From: Camelus ferus
Taxonomy: Eukaryota
NCBI RefSeq assembly: GCF_009834535.1
Contig: NC_045696.1
Coordinates: 4,838,001-4,902,000 of the forward strand
Direction of reading: 5' to 3'
Length of the DNA stretch: 64,000 bases
The number at the start of each line of letters is the position of its first letter. Positions within the stretch are counted from its first letter, which is position 1. Position numbers and translations under genes: made by a program. Positions 12,219 to 24,164 of this stretch are shown piece by piece. A model generated the notes under the pieces. It was not told the DNA's origin and made no database searches. It worked only from the letters and a program-made list of their open reading frames with translations.

Positions 12219-15200
12219 TTAGATTCCACATATGAGCAATCTCATATGGTATTTTTCTTTCTCTTTCTGGCTTACTTCACTTAGAATGACATTCTCCAGG
12301 AGCATCCATGCTGCTGCAAATGGCGTTACGTAGTCGGTCTTTATGGCTGAGAAGTATTCCATTGTATAAATACACCACATTTTCTTTATCCAGTCACCTG
12401 TTGATGGACATTTAGGCTGTTTCCATGTCTTGGCTATTGTAAATAATGCTGCTATGAACATTGGGGTGCAGGTGTCATCCTAAAGTAAGGTTCCTTCTGG
12501 ATATATGCCCAGGAGCGGGATTCCTGGGTCATATGGTAAGTCTATTCCTAGTCTTATGAGGAATCTCCATACTGTGGAGTGTTCCACAGTGGCTGTACCA
12601 AACTGCATCCCCACCAGCAGTGAAGGAGGGTTCCCTTTTCTCCACAGCCTCTCCAGCATTTGTCATTTGTGGATTTTTGAATGATGGCCATTCTAACTGG
12701 TGTGAGGTGATACCTCAATGTAGTTTTGATTTCATTTCTCTGATAATTAGTGATATTGAGCATTTTTTCATGTGCCTATTGATCATTTGTATGTCTTCCT
12801 TGGAGAATTGCTTGTTTAGGTCTTCTTCCCATTTTTGGATTGGGTTGTTTATTTTTTTCTTATTGAGTCGTATGAGCTGCTTATATATTCTGGAGATCAA
12901 GCCTTTGTCGGTTTCATTTGCAAAAATTTTTTTCCATTCCGTAGGTTGTCTTTTTGTTTTACTTATGGTTTCTTTTGCTGTGCAGGAGCTTGTAAGTTTA
13001 ATTAAGTCTCATTTGTTTATTCTTGCTTTTATTTCTTCTGGGAGAAAATTTTTGAGAGGTATGTCAGATAATGTTTTGCCTATATTTTCCTCTAGGAGGT
13101 TTATTGTATCTTGTCTTATGTTTAACTCTTCGATCCATTTTGAGTTTGTTTTTGTGTATGGTGTAAGGGAGTGTTCTAGCTTCATTGCTTTACATGCTGC
13201 TGTCCAGTTTTCCCAATACCATTTGGTGAAGAGACTGTCTTTATTTCACTGTATGTTCTTGCCTCCTTTGTCAAAGATTAGTTGACCAAAAGTTTGTGGG
13301 TTCATTTCTGGGCTCTCTATTCTGTTCCATTGGTCTGTATGTCTGTTTTTGTACCAATACCATGCTGTCTTGATGACTGTACCTCTATAGTATTGTCTGA
13401 AGTCTGGGAGAGTTATTCCTCCAGCCTCTTTTTCTTCAGTAATGCTTTGGCAATTCTAGGTCTTTGATGGTTCCATATAAATTTTATCATGATTTGTTCT
13501 AGTTCTGTGAAATATGTCCTGGGTAATTTGATAGGGATTGCATTAAATCTGTAGATTGCCTTCGGCAGTGTGACCATTTTAACAATATTGATTCTTCCAA
13601 TCCAAGAGCGTGGAATATCTTTCCATTTTTTAAAGTCTTCTTTAATTTCCTTCATCACTGGTTTATAGTTGTCTGTGTATAATTCTTTCACCTCCTTGGT
13701 GAGATTTATTCCTAAGTATTTTATTACTTTGGGTGCTATTTTAAAGGAGATTGTTTCTTTACTTTGTTTTTCTGTTGATTCATCATTAATGTAAAGAAAT
13801 GCCACTGACTTTTGAACATTAATCTTGTAACCTGCTACCTTGCTGAATTCTTTGATCAGCTCTGGTAGTTTTTTTGTGGACCTTTTAGGGTTTTCTATAT
13901 GTAGCAACATGTCGTTGGCATATAGTGACACTTTTACCTCTTCTTTTCCAATTTGGATCCCTTTTATTTCTCTCTCTTGTCTGATTGCTGTGGCTAGGAC
14001 TTCCAAGACTATGTTGAATAGGAGTGGTGATAGTGGGCAGCCTTGTCCCAGCTTTTAGTGGGAAGCTTTTGAGTTTTTCACCATTGAGTACTATGCTGGC
14101 TGTAGGTTTGTCATATATAGCTTTTATTATGTTGAGACATGTTCCCTCTATACCCACTTTGGTGAGAGTTTTGATCATAAATGGGTGTTGAATTTTATCA
14201 AATGCTTTTTCTGCATCGATTGAGATGATCATGTGGTTTTTGTCCTTTGTCTTGTTGATGTGATGTATTACATTGATTGATTTGCATTTGTTGAACCACC
14301 CTTGTGTCCCTGGAATGAACCCCACTTTGTCATGATGTGTAATCTTTTTTATGTGTTGTTGGATTCTATTTGCTAATATTTTGGTGAGGATTTTGGTATC
14401 TATGTTCATCAGTGATATTGGCCTATAATTCTCATTTTTGGTAGTGTCTTTGCCTGGTAAAGTAGTGTTTTTGGTATCAGGGTGATGGTGGCTTAACAGA
14501 ATGAGTTTGGGAGTATTCCCTCCTTTTCAATCTTCTGGAAGAGTCTGAGAAGGACTGGTGTGAATTCTTCTTTGAATGCTTGGTAGAATTCCCCGGTGAA
14601 GCTATCCGATCCTGGACTTTTATTTGTAGGGACGTTTTTTATTGCTAATTCGATTACATTTCTAGTGTTCGGTTTGTTCAAGTGTTCAGTTTCTTCTTGA
14701 TTCAGTCTTGGTAGACAGTATGTTTCCAGAAACATGTCCATCTCCTCTAGATTATCCAGTTCGGTTCCATATAGTTTTTCATAATATTCTCATATGATAT
14801 TCTGTATTTCTATTTTATTTGTTGTAATTTCTCCATTCTCCCTTCTTATTTTGCTAATTTGTGCTCTCTCTTTTTTCTTCCTGTGAGTTTGGCCAGAGGT
14901 TTGTCGATTTTGTTTACTTTTTCAAAAAACCAGCTTTTGGTTTGGTTGATTTTTCTATGGTCTTTTTAACCTGTATTATATTTATTTCCTCCCTAATCTT
15001 TATAATTTCCTTCCTTCTGCTGCCTTTTGGGGATTTTTGTTCTTCTTTTTCTAGTTCATTCAGCTGGTGGGTTAAATTGTTTATTTGAGATTGTTCTTCT
15101 TTTTTGAGGAAGGCCTGTATCGCTATAAACTTCCCTCTTAGCACTGCCTTTGCTGTGTCCCATAAATTTTGTGTGGTTGTGCTTTCATTTTCATTTGTCT

Positions 15201-16020
15201 CAAGGTATTTTTTAATTTCAGCTTTGACTTCCTCATTGACCTATTGGTTTTATAATAACATATTGTTTAATATCCATGCCTTCCTTTGTTCTCCTTTGTT
15301 TCTCTGTTGTTGATTTCTAGTTTCATTTCATTGTGGTCAGTAAAGATACTTGAGATAATTTCTATCTTCTTAAAATTGCTGAGGTTTCTTTTGTGCCCAA
15401 GTACATGATCAATCCTGGAAAATGTTCCATGTGCACTTGAAAAGAATGTGTATCCTATTTTTGGGGGGTGTAATGCTCTGAAAATATCCACCAAATCTAA
15501 TTTTTCTATTGTATTATTTAATTTCTCTGTTGCCTTATTTATTTTGTGTCTGGAAGATCTGTCTAGTGATGTTAATGTGGTGTTAAAATCTCCAACTATG
15601 ATTGTATTCCTATCAATATCCCCCTTTATCTCTGTTAGTAATTGTTTTATGTACTTAGGTGCTCGTATATTGGGTGCATATATATTAACGAGTGTAATAT
15701 CCTCATCTTGTATCACTCCTTTAATCATTATAAAATGTCCTTCTTTATCTTTCTTTATGGCCTTTGTTATAAAGTCTATTTTGTCTGAAATCAGTACTGC
15801 AACACCTGCTTTTCTGGCTTTTCCATTTGCATGGAATATCCTTTTCCATCCTTTCACTCTCAATCTATTATGTGTCCTTCTCCCTAAAGTTGGTCTCTTG
15901 TATGCAGCCTATTGAAGGTTCTTGCTTTATTATCCAGTCTGCCACTCTATGTCTTTTGACTGGAGCATTTAATCCATTAACATTTACAGTAATTTATGAT
16001 AGATGTGTGTTTATTGCCAT
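12219..16020 (-). pseudogene. L1 ORF2 (APE endonuclease, reverse transcriptase, C-terminal domain), disrupted
   Basis: Starts MAINTHLS*ITVNVNGLNAP; ORF fragments contain [53 protein letters not shown] and TWKQPKCP; several frameshifts and stops. Confidence 0.95.
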
Positions 16021-16425
16021 TTTGAACTTATCTTTGCAGTTGATTTGTAATTTCCTCTTTGTTGCTTTCTTCTTCCTTTTATGGTTTGGTAATTTTTCTT
16101 TGTGTTGTCATGGATTTTATTTATTTTTTGTGACTCCCTTGTAAATATTTGGCTTGTGGTTACCCTTTTTTGTAAGTCTATTAGCCCATTACTATAACTG
16201 TTTTTATTAAACTTATAGTAACATGATCTCATACCCATCCTACCAAGAACAAAAAATTTTAAAAAGAAAGAAAAAAAATTCTGTATTTTCCTGCCTCCCT
16301 CTCCCACTCTCAATGATTTGTATGTCTTCTTTTATAATTTTGGGTTTATTTTATTTGTAATTCATGAGTTATCACCTTTCCAGTTGTGAGTTTCTCATTT
16401 CTGTAGCATCCTGCTGCTTTTCTAT

Positions 16426-17328
16426 TTAGAGTAGACCTTTCAATATTTCTTTTAGCATGGGTTTAGTGTTGCTAAACTCTTGTAGGTTTTTCTTGTCTGT
16501 GAAATTCTTTATCTCTCCTTCTATCCTAAATGATAGCCTTGCTGTATAAAGTATCCTAGGCTGCATCATTCTTTCATTCAGGACTTTGAATATATGTTGC
16601 CACTCCCTTCTGGCCTGTAGTGTTTGTATAGAGAAATCAGCTGAGAGCCTTATGGGGGGTTCCCTTGTAACTCACTCTTTGCTTTTCTCTTGCTGCTTTT
16701 AGGATCCTTTCTTTATCCTTGACTCTGGCCATCTTGATTATGATATGTCTTGGTGTGGGTCTGTTTGGGTTCTTCCTGTTTGGGACCCTCTGAGCTTCCT
16801 GTACTTGGATATCTGATTCCTTCTTTAAGTTTGGGACGTTTTCAGTCATGATTTCTTCAAAAACCTTTTCAATCCCCTTTGATCTTTCTTCCCCTTCTGG
16901 GACCCCTATTATGTGAAGATTGGCACGCTTTATATTATCCCATAGGTCCCTTATGCTATTTTCATTTGTTTTTATTTGTTTATCTTTAGCTCTTCTGATT
17001 GGGTGCTTTCTGTTGTCCTGTCTTCTAGGTCACTAATTCGTTCCTCTGCATTATCTAGCCAGCTTTGCACAGCCTTTAGATCATTCCTCATCTCAGCCAA
17101 TGAGTTTACCAGTTCTACTTGGTTCTTCTTTATAGCTTCAATTTCATTTTTGACATATTTTATATCTCTAAACACTATCTCTTTTAGTTTCTTCAGTACT
17201 TTGATCACTCCTTTTTTGAAATCTTGATCTAGTAGGCCATCAATGTCTATTTCATTGATCTTTCTTTCAGGGGATTTCTCTTGTTCTTTTAATTGGTAAT
17301 GCTTTCTCTCCTTCTTCATCTTGCTCAT
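16426..17328 (-). pseudogene. L1 ORF1 (coiled coil, RRM, CTD), disrupted
   Basis: MSKMKKERKHYQLKEQEKSP..., AEERISDLED, QEAQRVP..RPTPRHIIIKM..KERILKAAREK, ends KGLL-TAA; split by frameshifts. Confidence 0.93.
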
Positions 17329-17759
17329 ACCTCTCTGGCACTGTGGTTTATGGAGTATCAGTTATCTATTGTGGTCCTTAAGGAGTTTATCTATCTAATG
17401 AGTATGTAGGAATAAAACTTAGAAAGGAAAAAAAAAGAGAGAGAGAGAGAATTTTAAAAGAAGGGAGAAAAAAAGGTTTGAAAACAGTGTATAATGAATA
17501 ATAGAAGAGCAAGTTGAAGCAGAATTTTTAAATATAATAATAAAAATATTTTTTAAAAATTTTTAAAGGGATTAAAACTGGGTGTATATATAATTGTTTG
17601 AGAAGTAAAAATTAAAAGGGTAATACAAAATAGAACAGGTAAAACAGATTTAAAAGTAAAAGGGGGGGGGTCGGTGTTCTTCTGGAGACTGTGTGCTTTT
17701 AATGTGAAGTCTTTCTGTCTTCGTTCTGTTTTGGAAGCTCAGCTTGCTGTTTCCAGAGG

Positions 17760-18935
17760 CCCTCCATTGGCGCCCTCCTCTGTGCTGCTCCCAGTGCTGG
17801 TAGTCAAGCCGATCGCGCCTCCTCCCAACACGTGGTCAGGTGCAGCTCTCCTTTGCTGCGGACGGGCAGGTCACTGCCCCTCCCGATGCCTTAGTCAGAT
17901 GTTGCAGACTGGCCAGGTAGGAGGGTGGGTCGCGCCCCCTCCCAGCACCACGGTCAGGTGCTCCGTTCCTGCCGGAAAGGCGGGGGGCCGCCTGCCCTCT
18001 TCCGGCGCCGTCGCTCCGCTGCTCTGTGCTGCTGCGCGCTCCGGGCTTTGCCTCCGGTCTGTGCTCCACAGGCGGGCTCTGGGAACACCAACGAACAGCC
18101 CTGTCCCTGCTCCGGGCCAAAACCCAGCTCCTTGTTTGTCTTGGCGGAGCAAGTTCTTTGAGGGACCAGGACAGAAGGATCCTGTTTGCCTCGGGCTGTA
18201 GACGAGTCTCCGTCTGGCCCTTGAGGCTGCTGAGCCCTTAGGTGCGGATGGGAGTTTTGCCCCCGCCTCCGCCTGGGTGCTCAGCGCAGGAGGATATGGC
18301 GGCTATGCCTGAGCCCCGCCTCTCTTTACCTGAAAACTTTGCACGGGTTTTCAGAGATGGGGTATGCGCCCTTACCCCTAGGGCACATCAGCCGTGCTGT
18401 TTCATGGAGGGCCCAGGTTGTTCTGGCCTGTGCACCCACAACCACGGCTCATAGCGCCCTGCAGTCCCCAGGGCTGCCTCAGTGCAGCCGTCGCCATCCT
18501 CCGCCCAGCTCGGGCAGCCTGACCCTGCCCCCAGCTGCTGGCCAGCGTCTTGGACTGGGTGTCACGGGGACCCTCTGTGCCTATTTAACTTAGTTCTGTC
18601 AGTCAAGGGCTGCTCTGTACAGATCCGAGCCTCGGAGGTTCCCCCTCCGACCCGCTGGCCTCTCGGTTGGAGAGGGGAGACCTAGCGAGCGAGCGCCAGT
18701 CCTCCTTTGCTGCTCTCTCCCCGCGGGACCCGTCCTGCTCTGTTTTGCCTTTTCTTCTTTCTTTTTTCCTTTTCTCCTACCAGATTTTTGGCGTCTCTGT
18801 CTTTTGAAGAGGACAATGTTCTGTCGGAGTTTCACAGGTGCTCTGGTTGGCTGAGTGGGTCTGTGGATGTGAGTCTTGGTGCATTTGTGGGAGAGGGTGA
18901 GCTACGAGCGTCCTTCTACTCCGCCATCTTGGCCC
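17760..18935 (-). promoter_or_regulatory. L1 5'UTR internal promoter, CpG-island-like, with YY1 site at 18921-18931
   Basis: High GC and CpG density; ccgccatcttg = CAAGATGGCGG at the element 5' end. Confidence 0.8.
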
Positions 18936-19611
18936 AAGCTGTTTGTCTCTTATTCCTGTACATTTTTTTGCTTTATGAATTTTGATGTGATATTTGCATT
19001 ATGTGTAGATATTTATACCTCTTATATCTTTGTTGCAGATTACACCCTTTGCCATCATAAAGGGTCACTCTTTGTCACACAAACGGTGTCCATCCTAGTT
19101 TTAACCTTGTCTACTACTTAAGAGTGTGAGCAGTGCCATCTCTGTGTTTGCATTGCCTTATGTGCCCTTCCACATCCTTAATACTTAGTACTTTAAATTG
19201 CCTTAAAACTCACTAAAATAGTATGTCATTAAATTTTCAATCCAATATGAGAGTGAGGTGAGCAAATTTTTTTGCCATATATCATATTTTATGTTATGCT
19301 GTCCCTTATATTCTTTTGTTCATCGCTCCCCCTTCCTTTATTTCTGGCATGTGTTTATTTCTTTTTATGTTATAAAATGTTGATGGGCTGTTTTTAGTTC
19401 TTATAATAGCTAACCTGTAATTACAAATTTCTGTAAGATACTTGATACTCTTTTTCTGAAAAGACTGTCAAGCCTTCACAATGACCTGTGATGAAATTAT
19501 GAAGTATCCTGAATATGCCACCCTTCAATTTTACTTGATTGTATATATATCGGTTCTCCTGGTATTTACATTTATGTATTTTCTTTCTTTCTTGTTAAAA
19601 AAAGTTCTTTT

Positions 19612-19996
19612 AGTTACTCCCAATTTATCCCTTCCCACCTCCTTTCCCTTTTGGTAACTGTAAGTTTATTTTCTATGTCTGTGAGTCTGTTTCTGTTTTG
19701 TAAATAAGTTCATTTGTGTCTTTTTTAATTTTTTTTTTAGATCCCACATATAAGTGATATATGGTATTTTTCTTTCTCTTTCTGGCTTACTTCACTTAGA
19801 ATGATGATCTACAGCTCTTATTGATGTTGCTGCAAATGGCATTATTTTATTCTTTTTTATGGCTGAGTACTACTCCATTGTATAAATATACCACAACTTC
19901 TTTATCCAATCATCTGTTGATGGCATTTAGATTGTTTCTATGTCTTGCCTATTGTAAATAGTGCTGCTGTGAACATTGAAGTGCATGTATCTTTTT
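19612..19996 (-). mobile_element. Young L1 fragment (ORF2 end and partial 3'UTR)
   Basis: Close similarity to 12130-12470 (ggtatttttctttctctttctggcttacttcacttagaatg). Confidence 0.9.
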
Positions 19997-20097
19997 GGAT
20001 ATAGCTCAGTGGTAGAGTGCGTGCTTGGCATGTCTGAGGTCCTGGGTTCAATCCTAGTACCTCCATTAAAAATAAATAAACCTAACCCCCCCCAAAT
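19997..20097 (+). mobile_element. Vic-1-like tRNA-derived SINE, slightly 5'-truncated
   Basis: tatagctcagtggtagag, gaggtcctgggttcaatcc, acctccattaaaaataaataaacctaa, C-tract. Confidence 0.9.
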
Positions 20098-20344
20098 ATA
20101 TAACATACATTTATATCTTAATCAATTGATTTATGACTATTATAGGATCTATATTTTATCCCTGGTTATAAACATTACCTGCTATCTCCCTTCCCCTATA
20201 AATTTTTGTTATAGTAATTCTAAATTGCCATTATTTAAAACAATTGATTTCTGTTCTAAAATTTCCATAGTTATTTTTCTCCTAATCCTATAGTAAAACA
20301 GAATTGATGCAGGGACAGCCAATCTTTTTCTATGATTTTTCCGT

Positions 20345-20592
20345 ATTTTTATTTTGAACACTTTCAGACATATAGAAAAATTAAAATAATTGTATAGTGA
20401 ACACCATTAACCATTACCTCAATTCTACACTTGACATTTACTGTATTTGCTTTATCAACTAGCAATCCATTTATTGATCCCTGTAATCATCAATCCTCCT
20501 TACTTCTTGATGCATTCCAAAATAATCTGCAGATATGAATTTCAAAGTAATTTGCGCTTCAGCATACACATCATTAACTAGAGTTTAATATT
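20345..20592 (-). mobile_element. L1MB-class 3' end
   Basis: tttcagacatatagaaaaatt...gtgaacacc...ttgatgcattccaaa...cttcagcatacacatcattaactagagtttaatatt. Confidence 0.65.
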
Positions 20593-21383
20593 AATAGTCA
20601 TCATTCAATTTTTCCATTAGCTAATTCTTTTTCCAATTGTCAGGACGATTTCACAGTAGCTATAATTTGTAACTGTATTTCTATTTGGAAATGTGCTCTG
20701 AAGTCTTTATAATTGAATGCTACTTTGCCTGCCTATAACATTTTATTTCCGTGAATATTTTACATTGTCTCCCTGTCTTCAAAAATGGGATGTTATTGTG
20801 ATAAACATGTGTATAATTATGATTTACCTTCTTCTCTTAAGTGACTTGACTTTTTTCTCTTTAACCCAATTATAAAATGCTTACTTATTTTAAAAAGTCC
20901 TATAAAATAAATCCTAATAGAGATAAAATTTTTGTTGACTTTTCTATATCAGCTATTCTTAGGACATTGTGACCTTTTTAATTTATGTGTTCAAGTCTTC
21001 TTACCTTAATATTTCTGCATTATTTCCTAAATAACATTTTTAGTACTTTTCGGTTAATATGTATGCCTCTCTTACCCAGGAACAGCAGTTATGCAGATTT
21101 TGAAAGTCCTTCTCTTCTTCCTTACGTAACTCTCTCAAGCCCTTTTGAACTATCTATCTACCCAGTGTCTCCCTAGGCTATTTTTATAAACCAGTCCTAC
21201 ATATATGGACTGTGCTGACTTTCTTTGGGCTGATCACAACATAGCAGTCAGTTTGTGAATAAAAGAAAATCTCTTTTTTTCTCTCCCATGCTCTTAAATG
21301 GTTTATGTTCCACTTCCTTCTTGTCTGCGATTAGCCCTATACCTCTGTTTTCAACTATCAGATTGTTCATTATTTTATTTTTC

Positions 21384-21560
21384 TTTCTATTTTTTTTAAA
21401 ATGAAAGCACACATTTTTGGCTTGCATTGTTTGTCTTATGAGGGGGTGGTAATTAGGTTTCTTCATTGATTTCTGCTTGGAGGAGGTCCTGGGGACTGAA
21501 CCCCTGACCTCTTGGGTGCTGAGCATGTGCTCTACCACATGAGCTATGCCCTTCCACCTT
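21384..21560 (-). mobile_element. Vic-1-like SINE (body 21440-21555) with extra 3' tail and perfect 15-bp TSD
   Basis: ggggactgaacccctgacctc...ctctaccacatgagctatgcccttcc; TSD attattttatttttc at 21369-21383 and 21561-21575. Confidence 0.88.
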
Positions 21561-22489
21561 ATTATTTTATTTTTCATTCATGGCTATATGTTTAAATATA
21601 AACAGTGCATCCGCTAAGTAACTACCTTTTCTGGTTGAGTGTTTATGTTCCATTTGTTTTTTCAGTGCTTTTCCTAGCCTTGTCTTGTATTGTATTTATA
21701 TAAACCCTGTGCTGGGAACTTTTTGATTTATTTCACACCTTTTGATAAAAGGCCATCCAGGATCAAGTACTTAGGAAAGTACCTGATTTGCTTAGGATGG
21801 AACCATAACAGATTAACAAGAATTATTCACAATTTATAATGAAGCAACTTCTGACATATGGTTATGTTAATGTGTGAATTATTTTCCACTTCTCTCCAGC
21901 CAACAGAAGTCAGCAGGTCCTAGGCAGCTCCTAATTCTGAGTATCTCTTCTCCACCCATTTTCTGTAGAGATAAAGATAGTAATTATCCAGTCCCACCTC
22001 TCTTGGTGTTTTATGGTGTCAAACAAACTCTGGAAAAACTCTCACCAGTAGCCTGTCATCATATTACTGAAGTTTGTGATTACCATGAGTAGTTACTCCT
22101 TTCAGGACAATCCCCTGCTATGAGAAGGAGGCTTTGCTGGCTGTGCCTGAGTCACTACATATATCTCTTCATGGTCACTTCCTGCGTTCCCATTTGTTTT
22201 GCTCTGGTGATTTGAGTTTATGGAAATCTTTTAGTTTTTTTTTTTTTTTAAGGCAAATTGTATATGACTTGATGGATTTCTTCCATCTGAAAACACTCCT
22301 CCATTTGCAAAGTGTATGCACAGCCATCCTTCCTCTTACTTCTCACAGAGCTTCTTTCTGTTCTATGTAGAGTCTTTAAAGTTGTTTATTGCTTTTTCTG
22401 TTTTACTCCTACCTTTTCAAAGGTGAGAAATTTGGATAATTGAAAGTCAGGTGCTTCCTTCAGAGTAGTGCTGACAGAAGACTTTCACA

Positions 22490-22660
22490 TATGCAGTTGC
22501 ATTCTATCCTTTGACAGGCCTTCAAAGTAGGCATTGGTATCCTCATTTTATAGATGAACAAAGGAAAGTCAGGTAGATCACGTGCCATGGCCAATGCCCC
22601 ATGGCTAAACATAGCAGGGCTGAGTTCCTGGCATCCTTCATCACTTCAGTACACCACCTC
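22490..22660 (-). mobile_element. MIR SINE
   Basis: atcctcattttatagatgaacaaaggaaag core. Confidence 0.65.
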
Positions 22661-24164
22661 TCAAAACTGGGAAAAGAACCCAAACTTACGAAGAGAAACA
22701 GCCCTCAGAACACGGTGAGAGATTTGACATTTGAAATAGATTAGAGAAAATAGAAAATTGCCTTTATTTATCATGAGCAGGCTTTGCCATGGTGACAGAC
22801 TGTCTAATTGGCTCGTAGATATCTTTCCATTTCAGTATATGATTCTGCTCATTAATATGTGATTATCTTTATCCCAGCCGGGCAGGGATTCGGGGCCACT
22901 TATGGACCTTGTTGCCACGTTGGGGCCCTGTTGGAGAGAGGAATGGCTTTCATGTGATGTGAATAGTCTCATCCAAGGACGCACCCCTCCTCTTCTGTTC
23001 TTAGACACAAGGAATGTCTTTGCCGATTCAGGGCTCTTACTTCAGTCTTATTAGTAAGTAATCAGTTCATCTCCTGATCTTTTCAGTTAGGAGAACTTGA
23101 CAAGGCTGTTGGCTCGTTATACATTTTCAGTGCTTCAAGCATTTTAAGTTGTTGTATAAATATTTCTTAATTGGATGTTATCCTTTCTTAAGGGGTCGTA
23201 GCATTTTTGATGTCCTACTTTTATTTCTCCATCATCATTGACTATAGTAAATATCTATTGACATTGTACTAACCAATACTCACATGGTAAATTTTCATCC
23301 TAACAAAGTGGATCAGGAGATGGGCAATGGTCCCCAAGGATGGCTGAAGGAAGGTTGAGGCAAATGCAGCTTTCTGGGGAAAATGCAGTGGAAAGCATAC
23401 ATTTTGTTGTTGCAGGCATTTTGTGCAGTAAGGACATAAAGTCATTTGCCAGTTATGCTACAGAATTCGCCAGAATTGCAGCCGTCAGCTTGTCAGTGTG
23501 ACCTTTCCTAGTGTCACATGCCATGGAATTTTATGTCACACTAAGATAGGATGACAGAACTGTGCATTGCTTTTTCAGTAAGTCTCCCCATCCTCCTCAT
23601 CTCCTCAAGAAAGAGTATGTTTTGAAAGAGCGTATTTATCACAGATCAGTCCCACAAGCTCAGAAAACAGCTGGGAGGCTTATGCATTAATTAAGATGTA
23701 CTTTATGCAGTAACATACATGCTTGTGTGATAGAACTTGTGTGTGTACATCTCCACCGAAACACGCTCACACACGCCCAGCCCATAAACTTCAGAACCAG
23801 AGGCAGCCATCTTTCAGCTCCTGGTAGGAAAGACTGGAAATACCAGAACTCATTTTAAATGTCGTTCTGAATTCAGTGAGAGTTATCTAATTATATCTGA
23901 TTGAATAACTGAGACATAAACTACTAATTTCAGCCTCAGCCAGAATTTTGCAGATTTATTCTGTTTTCCTGTACAGAATGTAGCATTTGGCACAAATCCT
24001 AGATCAGACATCCTTTGCAGCTGTATTACTAAGTATTAGCCTGGACAGAGAATTGTTTTCATCATGTATTCCAAAAAAAAAAAAAAAAAAATCCCGAATA
24101 TCCAGTTCCTCCTTTTCTGCTGGGAGATCCCTTACACACATTGATACCCCATATAACCTGGTAG

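Larger units (their letters stand above)
11895..18935 (-). mobile_element. Full-length LINE-1 (~7.0 kb), lineage-specific, retrotransposition-defective
   Basis: 5' end GGGCCAAGATGGCGG with YY1 site, CpG-rich 5'UTR, ORF1, ~400 bp spacer, ORF2 EN/RT/C-terminal domains, 3'UTR, AATAAA (11930-11935, minus) and A-rich tail. Confidence 0.97.
18940..21250 (-). mobile_element. Ancient L1M remnant, right part (EN domain continuing into ORF1), with nested younger inserts
   Basis: ttttgctttatgaattttgatg...ccctttgccatcataaagggtcactctttgtc continues the antisense EN region interrupted at 11894. Confidence 0.65.

Noticed and set aside
12620..13285. 221-aa plus-strand ORF (also 15448-15915)
   Set aside because: Antisense shadow of L1 ORF2; hydrophobic F/L/S-rich ORFs are routine on the opposite strand of L1
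16011..16313. 100-aa ORF spanning the L1 inter-ORF spacer
   Set aside because: Non-ATG (TTG) start and low-complexity product
17674..18201. 175-aa antisense ORF in the L1 5'UTR as an ORF0 analogue
   Set aside because: Starts at GTG; GC-rich sequence is stop-poor and gives overlapping ORFs in many frames; no recognisable homology
19997..20065. tRNA gene (also 3267-3345 and 21480-21555)
   Set aside because: A and B boxes are present, but the copies are diverged and carry SINE tails and TSDs; these are SINE heads
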